NCBI GenBank assembly: GCA_001275005.1
Contig: JWZX01003350.1
Location: forward strand, 1 to 64,000
Reading direction: 5' to 3'
DNA: 64,000 nt
Source of the DNA: Chrysochromulina tobinii
Taxonomy: Eukaryota
This document shows positions 11,308-21,197 of the stretch, one piece after another. Position numbers and translations under genes: made by a program. The stretch's first letter is position 1, and each line of letters opens with the position of its first letter. A model generated the notes under the pieces. The model had not been told where the DNA came from, did not search any database, and saw only the letters and a program-made list of their open reading frames with translations.

Positions 11308-14300
11308 CTACATTGACATGCTCGCTATTCTCGCCATGGTCGAGGCCCTCGACAAGGAGGGGGGAGTGCCGATTTCGTCGCTCAGTGTCTTCTTGGCCTT
11401 CCTGCCCCCGAGCTTCGCGGTGATGTTCGACTGATGGGCAATGGTACTCTGTCCATTCTCCATTGTGTCGACCATCTTGTCGAGCAGCGGCGACTGAGTC
11501 TTGAGCTCCGTCTTCATGGCAATCGCCTGTGAATGGGCCCGTCAAATATTGCAGTAAGTGGACCATCCGCGCCGATCAATGGAGATAGCAATCAGTGGAA
11601 TTCGCAATCCGTGAGAGGACCATCCGCGCCGACAGACGAGAAAGCAATCAATGGAGAAAGCAATCAATGGAGATAGCAATCAGTGGAGATAGCAATCAAC
11701 AATCAGTGGAGATAGCAATCAATAAGAGGACGATCCGCGCAGACCAATGCCAATCAGTGGCGAAGGAAATCAGGGAGATGGCAATTAATGGAGAAAGCCA
11801 TCAACGCGCCTGCTGGAGCATCTCGTCCATGAGGACGGAGACGTTTTCGACGACGGCGTCATCCTTAGCGCTGCTGCTGCTGCCCGCGGCGCTCGCGCCA
11901 GCGTTGGCGCCGCCCCGAGCGCTACGCCTGTCGCCGCCCTCGTCCTCGTCGGACATGGACACGAAGGACGAGAGGGTGCACGAGGGCGAGGAGAGGTGTG
12001 ACATGGTCTCGAGCTTCAGCCGCCTCTTGCTCCGTGAAACCCAGCCACGCCATCCCATGAACGAGGACATGTCCTTGAGGACACTATTGGCCTCCGACAT
12101 ATTACGAGCCAACTCTGCTTGGCTCGCTTCGATGCGCTGCGCGAGGGGATGGCGGGTTGGCGAGGGGGCGAGGGGGAGGCGGGGTGGCGGGGTGGCGCCG
12201 AAAAGCGCGCCGCCGGCACGAGTAGGGAGTCAGAGAGCCATCGCACCCAATCAGAGAGCCATCGCACCCAATCAGAGAGCCATCGCACCCAATCAGGCGC
12301 ATTCAGGCGCGCGCGCGCAGTTACCTCCATCTGATGTCGCTGCTTCTCCAAGTCGAGCAGCGTAGCGGCGCCCGTATCTCTCGTCTCCACCGCGGTTCGC
12401 AGGATGCGCTTGTGCGCATCTTCGACAGCCTCCTCCATGTACTCGATCGCATTTCCATAGGGATCGCTACTCGCACCGGAGCGATCCTTTTGGGAGCGAC
12501 TACTCTTGGTGGCCTTGCCTGAAGTGCACCTATCAGAGATGGCCACGGGCGGTCCGAGACGGATCGTGAAGTGTAACGTGCCTTTGGGCTTCAGTTGCGC
12601 TGTGTACGTGTACGCCACTAAGATGTCACGGGCATCGCGCCACCTAAACGAGAGGATACGAGAGGGCGTGCACGTTCAGAGGCCGTCCGTGGGTATCAGT
12701 GGCCATCAGAGGCCATCAGAGGCCATCAGAGGTCATCAGTGGCCATCAGAGGCCATCAGAGGCCATCCATGCCATCAGTAGCCATAGCCATCAGCGACAA
12801 TCAGATGCATCCCGCCGCGTACTTGTACGAGAACGCGCGCACTTGAAGCACGGGCTGGAGCGCCACCGACGCCTCGCCGATCACATCATCACCTTTCGAG
12901 AAGCCCTCCATCATGGTCCCCGTGTCCTCGTCAAACACAACGAGTCGGAGCGTCTCAGCGCCAACACTCGCCTCACTCGCCTCCTCAGCGAGCCATGAGC
13001 GTCTGATTCCACACAGGATTGAGCGTCTTCGGCTGCACGCGCGACACGGCCACCTCGCGCCCTCCGTAGTGGAAGGCGACGTATGGGTCACTCTTGCCGT
13101 CAAAGTCCGAAGCCATCAGACCGCTGCCCGAGTGCAATTCCACCGAGAGCTGCAGCGGAGGCGGGCGCGCCGTTGCGAGCTCGGAGCCTCTGGGGCCTTT
13201 GGGAGGCCACTCGCGAAGGTACGCACGCATGGTGAGGATGAGCAAATCTCGATCTCGAGGGTCGGAGAACAGGAGGAGGTACGAGCGTCGCGCGCTCATC
13301 ACGAGCTCGAGTACCTCGCCACCGGCTCCGGAGCCCGTACCCTCGCCGCCCGTCCCGCGCCTCGCCGACTTCTGAGTATAGACGCCATCTCCACCGATCT
13401 CCATGCCGCCGAGAAAGGCGAGCACCTGCTGCAGCTCCTCCTCCCTCAGCTCACGCTCGGCGGCGCGCTCCTTGTGACTCAGACGCTCACGCTCGTACGC
13501 CGCCAGCGGATCCTCCTCCGTGAGGTCGAGGGCGGCCGCGGCGGTGATGGCCGAAAACGATTTGGAGACGCGGGAGCGTGTCAGGCTGATGCCGTGTCGG
13601 TACGAGAGATCCAATTTGCGCGCCTGGCCGTCGAGATGCAACGTCGCCATCACCTGTGGCGGCATTCAGTGGCACTCCGTGACACTCAGTGGCAAGACGA
13701 GCCTCGCCATCGCGATGCAATCAGCCGCCCTCACCTTGCGCCGCCCGTTGGAGATGGCCTTGCCTAGAGTGCTGCCTCTGCGGTGCATCGGTGGCTCGCC
13801 CTGTGGACACATGTAACGGCAATCAATCAATGGCAATCAATTGCAATCAACGGCAATCAATGGCAATTAATGGCAATCAATGGCAATCATCGGCGGCTCG
13901 CCCTGTGGACACATGTGCTCCGACAGCAGTGCATTCAACGGCAATCAAAGGCAATCAACGGCAATCAACGGCAATCACCTGCAGACGCATGTGCTCCGAC
14001 AGCAGCACGGCCTCAAACGTACATTCGCCATTCTTGACACGCGATCGGACACCATCCTCGAGGCTCGGGGGCACCTGCATGCAATGAGCGAGGCAATCAT
14101 GGGTCATCAGTGGTCATCCAGCAGCAGTCATCATGGACGACCCATCCTCGAGGCTCGGGAGCCACCTGCACAAAGCTGCTGCTCATCGCCTTCCCAGCCG
14201 CCATCCCGCGCGATGTGAGCACCGGCGGTGGCAGCCCTGGAAGACCCTCAAGGCTGACGGAAAGGAAGCAACCGACGTCCATGATGCTAATGGTGTAACT

Positions 14301-14807
14301 CGCCCCAAAGGAAGAGCTACACTCGGAGGGCACCTCCTGCGGCCGGCTGCGCGCGATGACCTCGCCGTGATCGGCCGACCAGCGATGGCGGCGCCAGGCG
14401 AGCCACTGCACTGCGTCTACGCGCTCGCGCGCGAGGCTGTCGCCCACACTGTAGCAGTCCGTGCAGATGGTTGCACGCAGCCGAGCCCCTATGAAGAACT
14501 CGCCCTGCAAACTGACAGCCGGCAGCGGCTTCGACAGCGGCAAAAGTGACAATATCGCGGCGACAGAGCCTGGCTTGGGTGTTGACGGAGCCTCATCAAG
14601 ACCCAAGCTCAGCTCTCCCGGCTCGCCACTCACTCTTCGTACCATGCTGGTCACCATTTTGGAAATTGGCGAAGAAGAGGATAGCGGTGGCGATGATGCC
14701 GAGCGTTGCGTGTGCGCCGGCTTCGCCGCATGCTCGGACCTCGTATCACTCGGTTCGACCAAGTTCGACACTGGGTATTCCTCCGGTGTCGAGGGACCGC
14801 AACCCAT
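11308..14807 (-). CDS. Predicted N-acylated SCAB/AIR9-like Ig + PH-like + C2 + SNAP-25-like Qbc-SNARE protein (7 exons)
   Basis: Exons 14807-14166, 14074-13979, 13800-13735, 13653-12823 (one extra C at 12993-12994), 12643-12325, 12136-11810, 11526-11308; all phases join. N-terminus MGCGPS. C2: LSVELHSGSGLMASDFDGKSDPYV...KTLNPVWNQ...LRLVVFDED...DDVIGE. Qb: HKRILRTAVETRDTGAATLLDLEKQRHQME|RIEASQAELARNMSEANSVLKDM. Qc: VENVSVLMDEMLQQ|AIAMKTELKTQSPLLDKMVDTMENGQSTIAHQSNITAKL. Confidence 0.8.
11527..11809 (-). other. GC-AG intron filled with TGATTGC satellite
   Basis: CAG|GCGCGT donor and TCACAG|GCG acceptor join the two halves of the Qc SNARE motif in frame; + strand shows repeated gcaatca and three ggac(c/g)atccgcgc copies. 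Confidence 0.75.
13801..13978 (-). other. GT-AG intron containing satellite and an internal copy of the spliced junction
   Basis: CAG|GTGATT donor, CCACAG|GGC acceptor; ggcaatcaa(c/t) repeats; 13888-13929 copies both flanking exon ends. Confidence 0.8.
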
Positions 14808-15932
14808 CCCTCCTTCGCCCACTGCCTATAGAGGTGATTGCGATGCGTCGTCCAAGAACGCCGTTTCGCACAAGTTTCAAATGCCTGCTCTGCTGCTGTT
14901 CAACACAACGCGCATTCGCTCCGGACCCCTAAGCACGAGGGCCTCTATCGCTATGGACGGAGGTGTGGCCGACACAGCCCGTGCCAACACAAACCCTGAT
15001 GCTACGCTGTGAGTGCAAATTTAAGCTGATAAGGGACAACGCAATCTTGGGACCCTTATGAAATTCTCTTAGACACTTTGCTAAAATGCAGGCCGTGGCT
15101 GGATAGGTCTCAGAAGTGCGCTTAGAAACCATTCACACGAGACCCCTGCACACGACCCTGTCGAACGCTTTAACGCTATGTTGCGCTTCCATCAGCGCTT
15201 CGGTGTCGGCGGTGCGCCAGCGCCCTCGTGCTCCTAGTTGTCCTCGCCCTTCCGTTCTGGGCACACGCGATGAGTGTAATCAGTCAGTCCGTTCGTCAGT
15301 TTCCACTGGGGCAGTTCGTTGGGACGTCAGTTTCTGTTACGTCTCTCCCTATTCATATGACATGGCATATGACTTTCCGTTTATTTTCCGTACGTACGAT
15401 CGTGCGATCAACGTCGCACGATTACTGTGCAGACGGCGCGATCGTCGGGTGCCTCGCATCCCGACACCTAACCCCCTGACCTAACCAGGCCGACGCTGAA
15501 ACGTCCGCGCGCCATCCTATGGGCGCGCCATCTTGAGCGTAATTACTTAGATAGAGAGAGTCCACGTTGCGCGTTGGATTGTTGGAAAGGGTTGGCTTCT
15601 CGCTGAGACTCACTCACTCACTCACTCACTCTCGCTGCTCCATAGCTCCACGTTCGGAGTTCCGCCCGGCCCCGGGACCAAAGATCAATAGTAAGGTGTG
15701 TGTGAATGTAGACCAGTAGAGAACTAAACGGCGACGTCTAAAAGTAAGTCTCGCTACCACAACCGAAACGAAACGAAACGACGAACGGGATTGGGGAGCC
15801 GGCGGTCTATAAACATAAGAAAGCGGAGTCTCCGTCGGAGTAGCCGAGCTTCTTCGCGACTCCTCGCAGGCCGTGTTGCTGCAGCCTAGTTGCAGCCGAG
15901 TTGCTGCAACTTGGAGCTGTTTCTCGTGGATC

Positions 15933-16679
15933 ATGTTTGGTGGGCGCGGCGCGGCGCGGAGAGAGGCGCGCCAGGAAGCCATGGCCGTGCGCGACCTGAT
16001 GCACGGCAATATTGCAGGGGCGATGCGCCACCAAGAGCGCGCTGAACAAATCCACCACAGGCGTGAAGTTCGGCAGGAGGTTGCTGCTATTCGTGACTTA
16101 TCTCAAGGCAACCTTCTCGGCGCAATGGCCCACTCTGCGGCCGCAAATCACCTCCACAACACCGGACCCAACCTCCATGGCCTTGGTCATCGTCACCCTC
16201 TGGCTAGTGCTGTGGCAATTGGCGCAGTTGCAGCAGCAAATGCTTCATGCACAGTCACGCAAGTATTTACGCCTGCCGCCGCATATGCTCCACCACCGGG
16301 CCAAGCACTCATGACAGTGGTAGCGCCGCCCGGAATTTGTGGTGGCCAGCAAGTGCAGGTCACCACGCCTGACGGCCAGATACTGAACGTGGCTGTGCCC
16401 GCGGGAATTTGCCAAGGCCAGCAGTTTCAGGTGGCTTATACGGCGCGCCCGGTGCAGCCTGTGAGCGCGCCTGCCTATCCTGGTTATGCACAAGCAGCTC
16501 CTCCTTATGCGCCTGCAGCGCCAAGGTCGCAGGCTACAATGACCATTGAAGCGCCGCCTGGAGCGTACGCCGGGCAGCATGTGCAGATTACGACGCCTGA
16601 TGGCCAGATCATGGGCGTGACCGTCCCCGCCGGCGTCGGCGCTGGCCAGCTCTTCCCGGTTACGTACATGCCACGTTAG
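15933..16679 (+). CDS. Hypothetical protein with two 'VxxPxG..GQ.VQ.TTPDGQ...V.VPAG...GQ.F.V' repeat domains
   Basis: ATG at 15933, stop at 16679; duplicated ~45-aa module and a duplicated N-terminal AxRDLxxGNxxGAM motif. Confidence 0.8.
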   Translation: MFGGRGAARREARQEAMAVRDLMHGNIAGAMRHQERAEQIHHRREVRQEVAAIRDLSQGNLLGAMAHSAAANHLHNTGPNLHGLGHRHPLASAVAIGAVAAANASCTVTQVFTPAAAYAPPPGQALMTVVAPPGICGGQQVQVTTPDGQILNVAVPAGICQGQQFQVAYTARPVQPVSAPAYPGYAQAAPPYAPAAPRSQATMTIEAPPGAYAGQHVQITTPDGQIMGVTVPAGVGAGQLFPVTYMPR

Positions 16680-17134
16680 GGGTACATGCCGTGTGACAGG
16701 CCCGCGAGACGCAGGGGAAGAGGACATCGAGTGCACCGACGACGAGTACAAGATCGCCGAGAAGATCGTGCACTGCGTCGGCCTGGCGCATGAGTGGCCG
16801 CGGCGTGCGATCCTCTCATTCGCCGGCGAGCCTGGCAGCTTGAAGCACAACTGCGTCGCCGGCAGCAGCATGAGCCGCTTCGCGATTGCAGTGTAGGAGC
16901 ATGTATCGTATGAGTATTCGATTATGGTCACAACGCCCTCGGGGAACATGAAATCCGACGGCGACGAGACGGTGTGAGTGTGAAGGATGCCTTACCTGTG
17001 AGATGGCAATAAGGGGGGGGGTAATAAACTTGAACGTTTGAACGGACCTTCCCCCTGTGGGGAAACTTGGAAGGAGTGCCTCGTGCCCGCCTTCCAAAAC
17101 TGTTCAGTGACGGAATAGTAGTCGATATGAAAGA

Positions 17135-19447
17135 ATGGGACCAGGTGGAGGTGAAGGAAGGGAAGGAAAGAGACTGGCGATGCCTCAAAGAGAAGCACCA
17201 CCCTCATTTGAAGACGAACTGCAAGCTGCGATATTTGAGTCAAAAATGATACAGCAAGCTCCGCGTCGTCAGGGAAGAGGTGATCTTGAAGAGGAACGGC
17301 AAATAGCGATGGCGATGGCGGATACTGCTCCGTTTCCGCGCATTCCGGCGGCGGCTAACACAGACACGGTGACGCTTTCTCCTGCGCAAAGCGACGCCTC
17401 GGTCTATGTGTCTGGGCTGGACGATGCCTCGGTCTATGTGTCTGGGCTGGACATGAGGCTAATCGATGAAGAGGACCTGCGCCTCCACATGGGTAAGCTG
17501 GGCGGCGAAATCATGGGAGTGCGAATGAACTCCTCGAAACGGAAGGCTGCGCTTCTGCAGGCTGCAGTTGTCACGTACTTGGATAGAGTGTCGGCAGAGC
17601 AGGCGTGCCAGCACCTGAACGAAAGCACAGTGTACACACTGAGCCTGGAAAACTTCACCATCAAGGTTGTGCCGTTCAATGCTGAATTGGAGCGCACTCC
17701 GAAGGATGACGGTTTGAAGGTCTTTGCGAGCTGGCGGAAGAGCGACGAGCCAAGGAGCGAAGCTGACGTGCGGGCTGCGCTCGCACCACCGCACGCCAAA
17801 GTGCGATACATCGTCATGTCGCCCGACATCCGTCATAAACCCTTTGCCAACGTGTGGCTAGAGGAGGACGTGAGCCCGGAACTGACTCGATGCGTTGAGT
17901 CGGGTATTCCACTGGACGTCATCGGATGGCAGCTGTGGCTGCAGCCATGGGAGGAGCCGAAGCGAGGCTTCAAATGGCTGCCGACCGAATCGCACAGCCA
18001 ACGGCCGTCGGCCACGGCTTCGGAAGCGGACCAGCGCCCAGTACAGCGCCCATGGACCTCTTCTGAGGGCCTTGCTGCGGAAGCGGACCAGCGCCCAGTA
18101 CAGCGCCCATGGACCTCCTCCGAGGGCCTTGCAGTCTCGCATGTAGTCTCGAATGCAGTCTCGAATGCAGTCCTCGTCTCCAAGTTGCCTTTTGCAGCAA
18201 CTGTCGAAGAGGTGAGAGTGCACTGCATGGTGGCTGGCGCGGTGTCATCGGCGAGGCGGCTACCGCGCATTTCCAGCCTCAAGATGGGAGATCGGATGGT
18301 GATCGAGTATGACGAACCCCAGGCAGCACAGACGGCGGCTTCACAGTTACATCACAGTTGGCTTCCCACCACAGAGCGGTACCACGGCCGGCGTATCGCG
18401 GTGGAGCCCTATTCGATGGACAGTGGGGATCTTCTGGACAGGGGCGAGCATGAGGAGCGGCCAGCTGCTGACCATCTCAATGGTCTCGGTGTTGTTCGCA
18501 CCCAGGCAGCTCGTGTACAGCCTCAGTCCATCGAAGCCTTCGCGTCCAGTCGGGACCTACGGCTGGGGGACTCCCTTGATGATTCTGCAATCAGCGGCAA
18601 TCAGTGGCAGTCAGCGGCAATCAGCGGCAATCAGTCACGGACTTCACAGTCTTCCAGTGTGAACGCCGACGTGCCGGCCACGCGGGCTGCTCCAAGTGCC
18701 TTTCGTGACTTTCCACTGCGGATGACGAAAGATGATGAGATGAGCGTCATCAAGGGGACTAAACTGATGCTCACCGGCGAGGCAGGCACCTTCGCCCTGC
18801 TCTCACGGGTGAGCAAGCATCTGAAGACTTCCGTGGATACTCAGCTACCATGGGAAAGGGTCCGCACTCATTACGGTGAGCGTCAGACCGCTCCGAAGCT
18901 GCGCCTGCATTGACACAGCCCTGTCTTGACCGGCCTGTGCTGAAAAAGGAAGTTGCGCCTGCATTGACGGAGCCTATCCTTGCGCTGACCGCCCCCGCGC
19001 GCGTGTGGCTCCCTCTCAGGCACTGCCAAGCGCTTCTTCCAACTGTCCAGAGCCTCAGATCACTTCACTATAAGTTTACCCGAAGGACACGCGCCCGGCC
19101 GCGAGATTGTCGAGCTGCGCGCGCTCAACATGGAGCTCAGCGCGGTGATGGGGGCCAGTGACAGTGCAGCTCTCACGGGGGGTGGCGCCAGCGACGTACC
19201 CCCACCGAGGGCCTCCATTTCCATACCACCTTCAACATCCTCCCAACCAGTCCCTAGCAGCAGCAGCCCCCCCGAGACCCTTCATCAGAAGGTGGAGCGC
19301 ATTAAGGCCGCTCTCGAGCTAAGGACTCCCGCCAACCAGATCGCCGCCTGCCTGCGCGAGGCGAATGCGGCGATGGGCTTCGTCAACGAAGACGACCTCC
19401 CTAAGCCCCAGGTGGCCGAGCGCTTGCTCAGGGCTCTGGGCATCTGA
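17135..19447 (+). CDS. UIM + multi-RRM RNA-binding protein with possible OST-HTH/LOTUS-like domain (2 exons)
   Basis: Exons 17135-18875 and 19020-19447 (G|GTGAGC...CTCTCAG|G, in frame). UIM-like FEDELQAAIFES and EEERQIAMAMADT; RNP2-like VYVSGL and VLVSKL; C-terminal TLHQKVERIKAALEL helical module. Start codon uncertain. Confidence 0.75.
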
Positions 19448-20836
19448 GCATCCGCAGAAGCGGCGCCAGCATCGGAGGCCCTCAAGCCGTACTCAAGGCG
19501 CCCTCGGCGCCGCCGGCGGCCGTCGCCCTCACCTTCGCCGAGCTTTGGGCGGCGACGGACGGCTTTGAAGAGCAGAGGCTCATCGGCAGCGGTGGCTATG
19601 GCCGCGTCTTCACCGCGGACACGCTGCCATCGCTGCCGCCTGAGGCGCTGCCGCTCTGGCTGCGCCACAAGCCCTTCGCCGTCAAGCACGCCAAATCGGG
19701 CGTGCACGATCTCGCGGCCCTGCAGCGCGAGGTGAGGGTGCTGCAGCAGTGCAACCATCCGTATCTGCTGCCGCTGCTCGGCTATTCTCTCGGTGACGAG
19801 GCGCTATGTCTCGTCTTCCCGCTGATGCGCGGTGGCAGCTTAGCCGATCGGCTGTGGCCAAAGGTCTCCGACCCCGAGCACCTGCGCCTCGGCCTCCCTG
19901 CATCCCTGAGCCCTCTGATGTGGCAACAGCGCCTGCAGATCCTAAGCCAGGCAACCGACGCGCTGCTCTACCTGCACACGCCGGTGCCTGGAGGCAAGCA
20001 CGCCGTCGTCCATCGCGACTTCAAGCCAGAGAACATTCTACCGGACGACGAGCTCAACGCCTACCTCGCCGACACGGGATTCGCCAAGATGGACGCCGGG
20101 CCCGAGGCGTCAAAGATGAAGAGCGCGTCGAATGCGTTCTACCTGACCTGAGGCTACTTGGATCCAAGCATTTCCGCCGGCGCCGCCTACTTAGATGTGG
20201 CTGATGGTTGGGCACTGGGCATCACGCTGCTTGTGACTCTTACAGGTCGCTCACCGCTGAGCATTGTTGACACATGCGAAAGGGATTTTAAGCTTGACTT
20301 CCCCGAGATTGAGGCTGCAAAGCTCTCCGATCAAGATGCTGGCTGGCCGCCGCGCTGGCGACGCTCACGAGCCTGGCTGATGGGGATGGGAACGGTGGTA
20401 GTAACCGCGGCACACTTGAGAGCTCGGCGGCCTCGAGCTCGGGCCTGCCTGCGAGCACGACGGCTGGCTACGTGCCCTCACCACTCTCGATGCAAGTACG
20501 CGAGACCCGCAAGGGAACTGATGCACTCAAGGGCATCAAGGACAACATGCTGCTCGCCTTAACCAATCTGATGGATCGACTCGACGTCGTCTATGCAGCG
20601 AGTGCGGCGAATGCGCCGAAAACCTTTGACGAGAGCGCATCAACTTTTGGCATCGCGAGTGCGGCATGCGTGCTGATCTTAAGGATCGGCTGCACTCGCT
20701 TCGCATTGGGGCGAGTGTAACTCGCCACAACGACGGCGAGAGGTGGCGACGCGAGGGGCCGCGCAATGAGGAAGACGCGTCGCAGCTCGTGTCCGCAGTG
20801 ACGACGTTGATAGAGGCGCTTGAGCGTGCATTATGA
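19448..20836 (+). pseudogene. Degraded IRAK/Pelle-like kinase with C-terminal HEPN/DUF4145-like domain
   Basis: LTFAELWAATDGFEEQRLIGSGGYGRVF, AVK, HRDFKPENI, DTGFAK, GYLDP. No upstream ATG in frame, in-frame TGA at 20149-20151, frameshifts near 20350-20450 and ~20632. Tail reads ERINFWHRECGM..LKDRLHSLRIGASVTRHNDGERW...stop 20836. Confidence 0.75.
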
Positions 20837-21197
20837 CGCTGAGCAAATTTACTTCTCTCTGTAGTACTAAGAAACGGGTGCGGTGTACTAAGAAAACTTA
20901 ATTTCTCACTGGTTGAAAAGCCCAAATACGTGCGCAAGTGCCCGCTTGCAGTCAGTGTCTTTCTTGCGGTGTTTGCTCAGTGTACATGCTCATGCAGTCA
21001 TTCTCTTGTGCATCAAAAGTGACATCAAATGGCCCACTACGACGCTCAGTTTCGGAGCGCTGCAGAATCCTAGGATTTCAGCGAATCCCTACACTCAGGC
21101 GCGTTGGCAACGCATGCAATCAAGACGAACGCATGGAGCGAAAGAACTCTCAAAAGTTAGGAACTTCAGAAAATTGTAACCCAAAATAGGCTCTGCA

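Noticed and set aside
11595..13767. Plus-strand ORFs 11595..12365 and 12913..13767
   Set aside because: Antisense shadows of the SNARE/C2 gene, partly translating intronic satellite (NQWRKQSMEIAIS, AIAPNQR).
16693..16896. Short coding-like ORF after the 15933 gene as an extra exon
   Set aside because: The only phase-compatible intron I found would be about 25 nt, and there is no recognisable domain; it may be a gene fragment.
20149..20151. In-frame TGA in the kinase as selenocysteine or readthrough
   Set aside because: It is not a Cys-type position, and the locus has other lesions (no start, frameshifts); a CGA>TGA change is simpler.
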